Source: an uncultured Gammaproteobacteria bacterium
GTDB lineage: Bacteria; Patescibacteriota; Microgenomatia; Levybacterales; GWA1-39-11
Reading direction: 5' to 3'
Length of the DNA: 64,000 nt
NCBI GenBank assembly: GCA_964450885.1
Contig: CAYVFE010000001.1
Location: 65,301-129,300 of the forward strand
Shown here: positions 30,399-39,311 of the stretch, in pieces
Numbering within the stretch: position 1 is the first letter of the stretch
Layout: the number at the start of each line of letters is the position of its first letter
Program-made: the position numbers and the translations under genes
Notes under the pieces: generated by a model
What the model was told of the DNA's origin: nothing
The model's input: only the letters and a program-made list of their open reading frames with translations
Database searches by the model: none

Positions 30399-31652
30399 TT
30401 ACAAATATTTAGATATCCCTAGTATAGCAGAGAGGGTACCAGCTCTCGAATCCAGATAGGGATCCTTGTATCCGTCTCCCGCATATATAACATACATATC
30501 CTCATGCATCGCATCATAAAAATTCATAACATAAGGATTGTCGTCACCGATAAAGCGGGGTGGACAATTCCCAGCAGTTTGTCCCCACGGGGCACCATGA
30601 TGACAGTTTGAATTTCCAGGATAGCCATTGTATCTTGCGAGGCCGTTGGCAACGTCCTCGTAGGTTTGCGGGATTTTTCCTCCTATTTTTCCTTTAAAGT
30701 GTTCTGCTGCATAAACTGCACTATCAGCAAATGTTCTAAATCCGCAACCCCCACCAATTGCTACAGCCTTTCCTGGTGTGTACGTCGAAGTACAGCTTCC
30801 AGCAGGTATATCAGGTTCAACATTGCCTATAGGTCTTCCGCTTACCAGAGATCCGTTAGGGTTAAAGTCTCCTTCTCTGTAGTGAATGCCTGCGAGAATT
30901 TGCCAAGGAAGACCGGTGGCGGCTTCAGCCTCCTGGTAGGCGGCAATTAGATTTGGCAATCCGCGCAATGTGCTCGCTATCTCCTGTTGTTTTGCGTCAC
31001 CCCTACTTGAGGCGCCAGACTGAGGTGGGAGAAGTGTTGCAATATCTCCTCCGGCACCCGCAGCTGTCGTTCTTGCATAGGCCTTCACAGCAAATAATAT
31101 ATCATCCTTGGTGGGTCTTAGTGTTAGTGTGATAGATGTTTGGTTTGTTGGGTTTTCAAGAGGCCAGGATACTGTCCCAGAAGAATTGGTGGAGGCGCCG
31201 CTTGCGGATTCGTAGGTGGCATTTTGTGGTAAATCAAAATAAATGGTTATGCTTTCAAGTGGAACTACTGCGACTACATCATCATACTCGTAGGAAATCG
31301 TATATTGAATCAGTTGGCCATTATCCACAGTGGTTGGGCCAGTGAGGGTTAGGGTGAATCCCTGAATGGGGGGGCGTGTGGGTGCTCCTGCTATGGGGGT
31401 TGGCTCTACCGGGGTTGGCGAGTGATTCAATCCGCTTCCGCTGCCACCTGAGAAGAAAAACATTATTATTATGAAGAAAAACCCACCGACCCCTATCAGA
31501 AGTGGAGCTTTAGAATATACTTGTTTTTTAATAAAGCTCTTTAGCTTCTTTTGAACTAGGGTTTGAGGATAATTGTCCTGACTATTTCTGCGTCTGTTTT
31601 GTCTGGGCGCAGGCGCTTGCTGTTGATTGGGTTGAGGTCTGTTATCGTCCAT
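30399..31652 (-). CDS. secreted Pro-rich protein with lytic-transglycosylase-like (SLT-like) motif, putative VirB1-like cell-wall hydrolase
   Basis: Pro/Gln-rich N-terminus, one TM, LPWQILAGIHYREGDFNPNGSL resembling SLT ESxxNPxAxS, and a Cys-rich C-terminus. Confidence 0.35.
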   Translation of the reverse strand: MDDNRPQPNQQQAPAPRQNRRRNSQDNYPQTLVQKKLKSFIKKQVYSKAPLLIGVGGFFFIIIMFFFSGGSGSGLNHSPTPVEPTPIAGAPTRPPIQGFTLTLTGPTTVDNGQLIQYTISYEYDDVVAVVPLESITIYFDLPQNATYESASGASTNSSGTVSWPLENPTNQTSITLTLRPTKDDILFAVKAYARTTAAGAGGDIATLLPPQSGASSRGDAKQQEIASTLRGLPNLIAAYQEAEAATGLPWQILAGIHYREGDFNPNGSLVSGRPIGNVEPDIPAGSCTSTYTPGKAVAIGGGCGFRTFADSAVYAAEHFKGKIGGKIPQTYEDVANGLARYNGYPGNSNCHHGAPWGQTAGNCPPRFIGDDNPYVMNFYDAMHEDMYVIYAGDGYKDPYLDSRAGTLSAILGISKYL

Positions 31653-33927
31653 TGTTCAATCCACCAACTCCTGTGTTTTGGTGGCCAGGGTTACTAACCT
31701 GCTGCACGTTTTGAGCTGTACCATTGGACACGTTGGAGCCGCTCGTGGCAGCTGGTTTGGCAAAGTAATTTTCGGACGCATGGTTTTGTGTTTGAAATTG
31801 ACCCTGCGATTCATTGATATTTATCTCAGTTCCTTGCGCCATGGCAGGAGCCGTGGGGGTCATTGAAGCTTGTGGCATAGGTGGGACAGTAGGCGTCTGG
31901 GCAGCAGGTTGCATCACTACAGGTGTCTGCTGGACAGGGGGCGTAGACGGATTTTGATTGATCTGAGTGTTGGGCTGCTGCATCATTTGGCCAGTGTCTG
32001 GCGTCATCGGCTCCGGTTCTGTGGGAGTAGGAGGTATGGAGGCTTCGCTTTGCTGCTCTAAAATGTCTTGTGGTTTTGAGGTTATCAGGTCGTATTCGAA
32101 TTGGGAAGAAATGAATTGTGCAGTGACGTGATTCTGTCCCGCAAACAGAAGTCCCTCTCCCACCTGCGCTGTGAGCAGATACTGTTTTTCTCCTCCAGAT
32201 AGATTTAACGTCTTTGCGAGGGTCTCTACCTCGGAAGATCCCTGTTTCAAAAGTATTTGTATAGAAGAATTCGAAAGAATAGCTTTGCCATAGTCACTTC
32301 CGAGAAAGTCTTCGATGTCTTGTGTTAGAGTTGTTACTCCCAAATAGTATTTTCTAGCCCTTTTCGCGATCCCCTGTAGGAAGGCTGCAGAATCGGGATA
32401 GCGCATCATGTACCAGGCCTCGTCAACTACAAGTATCCTTTTCTTTAGTTTTGTTCTAACTCTTGACCATACGAAGTCCAGAATGACGTGCATAGCGATA
32501 GGACGTAGGACGTCTTCCAGCTGGCGGAGAGAAAAGACAGTCATCTTATTCTGAACATCGTAATTTGTTTGTTGATTAAATAATCCCGCGAAACCTCCCT
32601 TTACATACTTTTCGAGTCTAAATGCGAGCTCTTTTGCCTCCGATTCTTCCATGTTAAGAAGCGTTTTGTATAGATCTTCTAGGATCGGTGGTTCATTCTT
32701 GTATGTTGATGGGTCTGGTGTGATGCCTTTTTGTTTGTAGGACAGGACAAGCGCCCTGTCCATTATGGCTTCTTGCGTTGCGCTCATTTCTCCAAGCATG
32801 GTTTTTAGCAGTCCATGAATAGACAGGATTTTCAAGCTTAGCTGATTTTCGGACACGTCGTCAGAAAGAAGCGCGAAGGGGTTTATTTTTACCTCAGAGT
32901 CTTTTGAGAATGTGATATATTCTCCTCCCAGAGAGTCGCAAAGCGCCTTGTATTCGTCCTCAGGGTCAATGATAATAATTTCTGTGTCAAACATATACTG
33001 GCGCATGAGCTCGAGCTTGACGAGGAAAGATTTTCCAGATCCGGACTTTCCAAATACCACCTCGTTGGCATTTTCCAGAGAAAATCTGTCTACTATAACA
33101 AGCGAATTATTTAATGTGTTGACACCATACAAAATTCCATTCGGATGGGATATTTCGTAGCTCGTGAACGGAAAAGTAGACGCAACCGAGGTCGTATCCA
33201 TATTTCTTGTTATAAGAAGCTTGTCATCTCCTTTTGGAAGCGTTGTTTTGAAACCATCTTCCATTTGAAGCGTCGCGGGTTTTATGACTAGAAGGTTTGA
33301 CGCAAGAAGTGACGTCAGTTCTTTTGTCTTTAAGTTCAGTTCCTCAAGGTTATCTGCAGACAACGTCACGTAGAGCCCAAACTGAAAGAATCTTTCGAGT
33401 CCCCGTGCGAGTTCCTCTCTGAGTGCGACTGCATCTTCTAGAGACGCTTGAATTTTAGGATCTGGGACAATGCCGTTTTGCGCGTCAGATTGCAGCGTCG
33501 CCTCCATTTCCGCTATTTTTCGTCTTAGGTTCGACAGGACGTCCTTGCTTTCGACTGGATACAAAAACATAGAGATATTCATCGTTTCTTTATGGTCGAT
33601 AAGAATCGAAAGCCAGTTGGGGGATACCTGTCGAGGGTAGTCCACGACGAAAAACGTTCTATAGAATTTGTCACTAACCCTTATGTGTCTAAAGTCTACT
33701 TCGACGGATGATGGGGCTATTATGTCGACTATCGAAACAGAACCTTTTCTTAGCTCTTCCATGTGCTTTTGGGGTGCAGGCTTTTTTGCGCCCTTTTGTT
33801 GTGGTGGTGGAGCGGGTTGGGCAGGCGGTGTAGTCTGTCCTGGTTGTTGCGCAGGGGTAGCATTAGGTGCTTGTTGCTGATTTGGCACCTGTTGTTGTGG
33901 TTGTTTTTTATTTCCGATTCCAAACAT
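31642..33927 (-). CDS. VirB4/TrbE/CagE-family T4SS ATPase
   Basis: 761 aa. N-domain FFVVDYPRQV...WLSIL. Walker A GKSGSGKS, Walker B LVVDEAWYMM. Pro/Gln-rich low-complexity N- and C-tails. Confidence 0.8.
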   Translation of the reverse strand: MFGIGNKKQPQQQVPNQQQAPNATPAQQPGQTTPPAQPAPPPQQKGAKKPAPQKHMEELRKGSVSIVDIIAPSSVEVDFRHIRVSDKFYRTFFVVDYPRQVSPNWLSILIDHKETMNISMFLYPVESKDVLSNLRRKIAEMEATLQSDAQNGIVPDPKIQASLEDAVALREELARGLERFFQFGLYVTLSADNLEELNLKTKELTSLLASNLLVIKPATLQMEDGFKTTLPKGDDKLLITRNMDTTSVASTFPFTSYEISHPNGILYGVNTLNNSLVIVDRFSLENANEVVFGKSGSGKSFLVKLELMRQYMFDTEIIIIDPEDEYKALCDSLGGEYITFSKDSEVKINPFALLSDDVSENQLSLKILSIHGLLKTMLGEMSATQEAIMDRALVLSYKQKGITPDPSTYKNEPPILEDLYKTLLNMEESEAKELAFRLEKYVKGGFAGLFNQQTNYDVQNKMTVFSLRQLEDVLRPIAMHVILDFVWSRVRTKLKKRILVVDEAWYMMRYPDSAAFLQGIAKRARKYYLGVTTLTQDIEDFLGSDYGKAILSNSSIQILLKQGSSEVETLAKTLNLSGGEKQYLLTAQVGEGLLFAGQNHVTAQFISSQFEYDLITSKPQDILEQQSEASIPPTPTEPEPMTPDTGQMMQQPNTQINQNPSTPPVQQTPVVMQPAAQTPTVPPMPQASMTPTAPAMAQGTEININESQGQFQTQNHASENYFAKPAATSGSNVSNGTAQNVQQVSNPGHQNTGVGGLNNGR

Positions 33928-33928
33928 A

Positions 33929-34567
33929 TTAGATTATTACGTTTTTTATATCTTTTGAATCAAAATTTAGATTTATTATGTCGTCGTTTAGGAGCTCATA
34001 AAACACTTTTATAAGTTCCTCGTGAGAAAGCTTTCTGGGAGCAAGCCCCATTCTTTCGATTTGCGACATTACAACGCTCGTCTTGGATAAAAGTGCTGCT
34101 TTTGCCTGATCCCCAAAATTAAGCTTCGCATTGGTCTTGTTGGGTTGAGCGGTGTTAGTTACCCCACCTTCCAGATAGGAGTAGGGAATGACGATATAGA
34201 TTTTTTTGTCCAAAAGTCCTTCTCCTTTAACAAGTTCCTGTATAAACTCCTTGTAGTACAGAAGGTGTTCTTTTATTTGGGGATGTTGGGTTGTTGAGAT
34301 TTTTTTGTCGAGATTGTCTATATAGCCTTCCATGTCGATTTTTTTCGAAACGATAAGTATCTGGATGGCAAAAGAAAGAGAATTGATAAGCGACATATAG
34401 CCATAGACTCTCGCGTTTTGCTCATCAGCAGACAGGAGGAAGAAGTTAACAGAAGACACGTCTATAAGCATGCACGCGCGTTTGTTTTTAAGCAGCACGA
34501 CATCGTCGACTATGTCAACAATTTCTGTGAAGCTTTGTGTTGTTGATTTTATATCTTTTTTCGCCAT
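33929..34567 (-). CDS. hypothetical protein resembling VirB4 N-terminal domain
   Basis: 212 aa. TQSFTEIVDIVDDVVLL...DVSSVNFFLLSADEQ parallels the VirB4 N-domain. Ends 1 nt before the VirB4 start. Confidence 0.4.
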   Translation of the reverse strand: MAKKDIKSTTQSFTEIVDIVDDVVLLKNKRACMLIDVSSVNFFLLSADEQNARVYGYMSLINSLSFAIQILIVSKKIDMEGYIDNLDKKISTTQHPQIKEHLLYYKEFIQELVKGEGLLDKKIYIVIPYSYLEGGVTNTAQPNKTNAKLNFGDQAKAALLSKTSVVMSQIERMGLAPRKLSHEELIKVFYELLNDDIINLNFDSKDIKNVII

Positions 34568-34569
34568 AT

Positions 34570-35670
34570 TTATTGCTGGACGGTGTTTCTGCCAAATAAT
34601 TCCTGTCTGAGCTTTTCTCTTTGATCGGTTGAGATAATTTCAAGTGGCTGGAATATTTCGTTATTCATTTCGATATCAATAGGGCTGAACTCATGAATGC
34701 GTCTGATGTCCTCAAGTAGTATCTGGTAGTTGCCTGCAGGAAGTGGTGTTGCAGATGAAAATTGCCCCAGTGCATTTGTCTTGAATGCTCTTACGGGGTT
34801 CCCTGTAGTATCGATGACCTCGACTATGATATTTGGTAAGACTTTCCCTCTTGCGTCTTTTACGATTCCCAGTACTACATTTGGGGTATCGGGAATCTGC
34901 GGGAAACCACTGGCGATCTGATTTTCTGGCGCGACAGATACTGCAGGAGTAGAGGGCATGCTGACAGTCTCTTGGGGGACAGGGATGGCTGGTGTTTCGA
35001 CTGGAGCAGGCATCGGTTGTTCTGCGACCGGTTCCTGAGCGGGCGCAGGTGTATATGCATCTGCCTTTATGGGCTCTGGGGAGCTGTGTGTTGGTGGTCT
35101 GACGATAACGCTTGGTTTTGTGTCCTCCTGAGGACTGCCAGTGTCGATGCTGCTCATCCCTGTGACTGGTGTCTGGGTATCATTGAATATTCCACTTATG
35201 GCATTTAGCTGGTCGCGTTCCTCCGCGTCAACTTTATAGGATGTGTTTTTTCTTACCAGCTGATTTAAGAGCAGTTGTTTCCTACTATCTTTTTGAGCAG
35301 GAGTGGGGCCGGCTGGAGCTTTCTGCATTTGCTGTGGGATGAAGTAGTCATGTAGGAGCGCTTCAGCACCTTTTTTCCGGAAGATATATCTGTTTTCTGC
35401 TGGTAATGCTTTCAAAAAGTTTATGAGCATAACATCCATTGGACGTCCTTCTATCGGCAGGAATGCAAGTCCTGCACCAAGTGACGCGATGACCATTATC
35501 GCTGGCCATTTGATCAGAAATGATATCGGCATGATGAAAAACACGCCACAAAGCGCCCCAGCTCCGAGGATGTACAGAAACTGTTTTACTGTAATTGAGC
35601 CTATGAGCCGAAATTTGAACCCAGTAACATCTTGAGGTATAGGATGATTTTCCATAAATAAGAGCACCAC
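34570..35670 (-). CDS. PrgI/VirB3-like membrane protein fused to Pro-rich linker and C-terminal domain
   Basis: N-terminus FKFRLIGSITVKQFLYILGAGALCGVFF with two TM segments, as in Gram-positive PrgI/TcpE. Pro/Ala-rich middle region. Confidence 0.45.
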   Translation of the reverse strand: MVLLFMENHPIPQDVTGFKFRLIGSITVKQFLYILGAGALCGVFFIMPISFLIKWPAIMVIASLGAGLAFLPIEGRPMDVMLINFLKALPAENRYIFRKKGAEALLHDYFIPQQMQKAPAGPTPAQKDSRKQLLLNQLVRKNTSYKVDAEERDQLNAISGIFNDTQTPVTGMSSIDTGSPQEDTKPSVIVRPPTHSSPEPIKADAYTPAPAQEPVAEQPMPAPVETPAIPVPQETVSMPSTPAVSVAPENQIASGFPQIPDTPNVVLGIVKDARGKVLPNIIVEVIDTTGNPVRAFKTNALGQFSSATPLPAGNYQILLEDIRRIHEFSPIDIEMNNEIFQPLEIISTDQREKLRQELFGRNTVQQ

Positions 35671-35771
35671 ACCATATCGATGTGGTGAATAAAGCGTATA
35701 ACGTGAAAATTTTTAATACAAGCGTATCAGAGTAGAGCAAACTATATGATAATTTGAGGCTAGTGTGAAAA

Positions 35772-37865
35772 TTAAGTAGCTTTACCTATTCCGGTTGCAG
35801 CAACTCCTACAGCTCCAGCGCCAACTGTGGCCACAGCGCCAGCGCCTATAATAGCGATTAGAATATAGATGAGCCATTTCATCTTCGAGTCTGGTTTTAT
35901 CCCGGAGGCCTCAAGGTTCTTTAGGACATTTCCTGCTTCTTTGGATTTTGCCAGGCCGCTTGCGAGTTGTCCTCGGAAGTTTTCCTCAAGCATACGCCAC
36001 TCGTCTTTGCTGAGTCCAAGCTTGTCGCTTCCGGGTACCCAGCCCTTGAGTTTGTCTTTAAGAGTCTTTGAAGCAAAGAAGTCTTTCATGAGTTTATTTC
36101 TGTAAGTGTCTGCATGTTTGTTGTATGCGTCATCAAGCCTCTTTTTTTGCTCTTCAGTAAGCCTATTAAGGTCGATATTCTCATAAGTTTCCCTTTCATA
36201 AAGATCCTCGAAAGCGCCTGGGATTGGATTGCCGCTTGCGTCAAGCTTCGGGATTTGAAGCTGCATCTCACGCAGAAGCAGCCTTTTAAGTCCGTCTTCT
36301 CCTTTATACGCAATGGTGAGCATATCTTCTTGAATTCTCACCGTGCTTACCGATTTTGTTCTGGTCTCTCTGTCAAATTTAATCCAGTTTTCTCTCATCG
36401 ACTCAGCTATCGCCTTGTCATCGGCAGTAATTCCTTCCTTCGCGTCCTTTTCTCGTCCTTTCTCGTCAAGTTCAGCTAGTTGTTCGTAGCGTTTCAAGAG
36501 TACTTCCTGCGCTGATTCTGAGAAGATGTTCTCAACTTCGTCTACCAAATCAGATTCAGCTTGAAGCCTAGCGTTGCGGCTGTCTCTCTCGTTCGTATTT
36601 GGATTCGCTCTTTTATCCGCTATTATCGTGTCTAGTTCTCTAATTCTGACTTGATTTTGGTAAAGCTCAGCAAGCTTTGCGCCTATCTCAGAATTGGCGG
36701 CTCCTGCAGTAGGGTATCTTCTGTCAAAGTCGACGAATTTATCGTAATCGGGACGATTTTGATTTACTGTATTCATCAGAGCATCATATTCGTTGCTAAG
36801 AGTTTCGTATTGGGAATACAGCTTATTGGCGGCATCTACTGCTGCTTGATTCGGAATAGCGTTCTTGTTCATTGTTGTAGGGATTTTCCCCTGATTCCAT
36901 CGTGCAAACGCTTCGTCAGTCCGGTTTTTTAGTTCCGAAATTTTTGAGAACTCAGCGTAGTGGGGCACTTTTTCCACAGTCAATTGGCGAATCTGTCGAA
37001 GAATTTGTTCTGGGGTCGCTCCATTTCCTATCGCATCCTCGATAGCTTTTTTTTCAGCAGGGTCAAGCGGTTGTCCGGTATCCGTCTCGATAGATTTGAC
37101 TATCTGATCGACTCCTTCCTGAGCCTTTGTTTTTGCAGATTTCTGTTCTTTCTCGGCATTCTTTAACTCGTCATCTTTTGCGACTTCTGGCAGCGCTTCG
37201 GCGCGTGCTGACAGCTCTCTAAACTTTGTAGCGATTGTTGTTCTGAGGCCTATTTCCCTGCCCAGGGTTTTTTCGATATATTTCCTTTTGTATTCTGGAT
37301 GCATTGAGGGGTCTGCTAGTTCCGGGAAGAGCGATTTTATATATCCGCTTGAGAGTAAGGCATCAAGCCCGGCTATTCTCTGCCTATCATATTCAGCTGC
37401 GCTTTTGATACTTGTATCACCCCTGGCAACTCTCGATCGGATGGTATCTGGTATGCTGATTCCGGTTCTTTCCGATTCTGCCAGGATGCTTGAGTATTGT
37501 AGAAATGCAGATGCTTGCTCTGCAGCTCTTTTTGCTCTTTCAAAGGACGCCTTTTCTGCAGGAGTTGCATTTGCTTTCGCTTCGACGAGATGGGTTGCTG
37601 GATTCTCTTCGGTTTCCCCAGCTCCGAATTTTAGCTCAAATGCATTTAGCTGAAGTCTACCAAAAGACGTCTCCCTCGTAGTTTCTGATGCCATTTGGAG
37701 ACCTTCTTTACCGCTCTTTCCATCTTTACGGAGCTGTTCTAAGTCCTTTTGGCGTTGAAGCTGCTCTGGGGTTATGCCTGGGAGATTTACGCTAGTGTCT
37801 CCCGCCTGCAGGACTTCTTTTGGTGTAAATTTTGGCGCTTCGGGCGCTGATGTTGCATCCGGCAT
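35772..37865 (-). CDS. long coiled-coil, C-terminally tail-anchored protein
   Basis: 697 aa, helical and charged, with a single C-terminal TM (WLIYILIAIIGAGAVATVGAGAVGVAATGIG). Confidence 0.45.
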   Translation of the reverse strand: MPDATSAPEAPKFTPKEVLQAGDTSVNLPGITPEQLQRQKDLEQLRKDGKSGKEGLQMASETTRETSFGRLQLNAFELKFGAGETEENPATHLVEAKANATPAEKASFERAKRAAEQASAFLQYSSILAESERTGISIPDTIRSRVARGDTSIKSAAEYDRQRIAGLDALLSSGYIKSLFPELADPSMHPEYKRKYIEKTLGREIGLRTTIATKFRELSARAEALPEVAKDDELKNAEKEQKSAKTKAQEGVDQIVKSIETDTGQPLDPAEKKAIEDAIGNGATPEQILRQIRQLTVEKVPHYAEFSKISELKNRTDEAFARWNQGKIPTTMNKNAIPNQAAVDAANKLYSQYETLSNEYDALMNTVNQNRPDYDKFVDFDRRYPTAGAANSEIGAKLAELYQNQVRIRELDTIIADKRANPNTNERDSRNARLQAESDLVDEVENIFSESAQEVLLKRYEQLAELDEKGREKDAKEGITADDKAIAESMRENWIKFDRETRTKSVSTVRIQEDMLTIAYKGEDGLKRLLLREMQLQIPKLDASGNPIPGAFEDLYERETYENIDLNRLTEEQKKRLDDAYNKHADTYRNKLMKDFFASKTLKDKLKGWVPGSDKLGLSKDEWRMLEENFRGQLASGLAKSKEAGNVLKNLEASGIKPDSKMKWLIYILIAIIGAGAVATVGAGAVGVAATGIGKAT

Positions 37866-37866
37866 A

Positions 37867-38241
37867 TTAGATTGAGTTCAGTTTTTCTCTTGTCGCATCA
37901 AGCGTGCTGGCTTCTTGTTTTTGAGTATCATTATCTTTGTATTTCAGATAAGTATCCTTGTAGACGGGCCATCTGTTTGCCAGGTCTTGCAAGAAAAATA
38001 ACATCGAATCTTCGCTATCTATCTTGTCCAGGGACTCAAGTATAAACTCTGCTGAGAATTGAGAGTCTTCATGTGAGAGGGTGCTTGTTTGAAGACCGGT
38101 AAGTAGAGCGTCATAGAGTTCGTTATAGAGATTATTCTTTTGTTCTTCCGAAACGCTGGTATTGTCCATATATAAACAATACGTCAAATCTAGTGGTTGT
38201 GTCAACGAATTAGAACGTAGGGTTGGTGATCTGACCGACAC
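37867..38241 (-). CDS. hypothetical acidic protein
   Basis: 124-aa ORF. Its 1-nt gap to the gene at 35772-37865 is seen; co-transcription with its neighbours is inferred. Confidence 0.35.
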   Translation of the reverse strand: MSVRSPTLRSNSLTQPLDLTYCLYMDNTSVSEEQKNNLYNELYDALLTGLQTSTLSHEDSQFSAEFILESLDKIDSEDSMLFFLQDLANRWPVYKDTYLKYKDNDTQKQEASTLDATREKLNSI

Positions 38242-38506
38242 CAGTGACTGATGCTATCAGATTGAGAATCGCAAAAGACAGTAGTATAAGAAGAAGTCCG
38301 ATTATCGCATAGGTAAGAGTTTTTTTAGCATTGTCTACCTCCTGTGGGTCACCTTTACTGGTCACGAACTTGAACCCCGCAAAGATTATAAGAAAGAGAG
38401 CGACGACGCCCGCAAAGATAAGCGCCCATTGTACGACATTTTTTATGACTATCGGAACACATCTGAGTGTGGCGACATCGCCTTCAAGACAGGAAGCCCA
38501 TTCCAT
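38210..38506 (-). CDS. T4SS pilin-like (VirB2/TrbC-like) protein, paralog 1
   Basis: 98 aa, two hydrophobic helices flanking GDPQEVDNAKK, then IIGLLLILLSFAILN. Confidence 0.55.
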   Translation of the reverse strand: MEWASCLEGDVATLRCVPIVIKNVVQWALIFAGVVALFLIIFAGFKFVTSKGDPQEVDNAKKTLTYAIIGLLLILLSFAILNLIASVTGVGQITNPTF

Positions 38507-38515
38507 ATAGAGTTA

Positions 38516-38944
38516 TTATTGTATTAATTCGTCGAGACGAGGCAGTGTTAGATTTGTAAGTCCTCCTTCTACTCCAAAAACTGTGAGCAGTACATTTAGG
38601 ATGAAGAAGGAAAGAAAGACTACAACAAGCCCTATGACGGCTGCGATTATCTGATTTCTTGCGGCTTCTACTTTAGAAGAATCTCCAGAAGATGTAATCC
38701 ATTTGATACCGCCTATTATAAGCCAGAGTAGAGCGATTATGACAGCTATGACGAAAAAGACTATGACTATGGCACCTATTACTGCGCCGAAATTCCCGTC
38801 ATTTATTTGACAGACGATATCGAACTGTCCGCCGGGGCAAAGGTTGATTGATGATCCTCCTGGAGGGGTTGAGGTCTGAGCATACGCAAGCTTCGGAAAA
38901 AGAAAGTATAACGGTGAAGAAAGGAGAGCAAATAGTCTTTTCAT
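38516..38944 (-). CDS. T4SS pilin-like protein with signal peptide, paralog 2
   Basis: 142 aa. Signal peptide ...KLAYA-Q, Cys-containing head, then SSGDSSKVEAARNQIIAAVIGLVVVFLSFFILN. Confidence 0.6.
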   Translation of the reverse strand: MKRLFALLSSPLYFLFPKLAYAQTSTPPGGSSINLCPGGQFDIVCQINDGNFGAVIGAIVIVFFVIAVIIALLWLIIGGIKWITSSGDSSKVEAARNQIIAAVIGLVVVFLSFFILNVLLTVFGVEGGLTNLTLPRLDELIQ

Positions 38945-38990
38945 AAGGTCTTATTAATTGTTATCAGCTTTTATTTCCTTTGTCAAGAAG

Positions 38991-39308
38991 TTATATGAAT
39001 TTGATGCCAAATATTCCGCCGAGGATGTTTATTATCGCAAACGCAAGAAGGGCAACTATCAGTCCCAAAACCGCAAAGATTATCTGTTTTCTCGCCTCAT
39101 CTACTCTTTGAGGGTCACCATTCGACTGAATCCAGCGGATCCCAGCCCAGATAAGATATCCGAGAGAGGCGAGGATCACGACTATCAAAAAAATCTGCAT
39201 TCCTACAGAGATTATCGTCTCAAGAGTATTTGCACCTCCGCCGGGAACGCCATCTGGGGCTTTCACCTCTCCATATCCTGGAATTTGTAGTTGTGCAAGC
39301 TGTTTCAT
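38991..39308 (-). CDS. T4SS pilin-like protein, paralog 3
   Basis: 105 aa with NGDPQRVDEARKQIIFAVLGLIVALLAFAIIN, the same motif family. Confidence 0.6.
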   Translation of the reverse strand: MKQLAQLQIPGYGEVKAPDGVPGGGANTLETIISVGMQIFLIVVILASLGYLIWAGIRWIQSNGDPQRVDEARKQIIFAVLGLIVALLAFAIINILGGIFGIKFI

Positions 39309-39311
39309 ATT

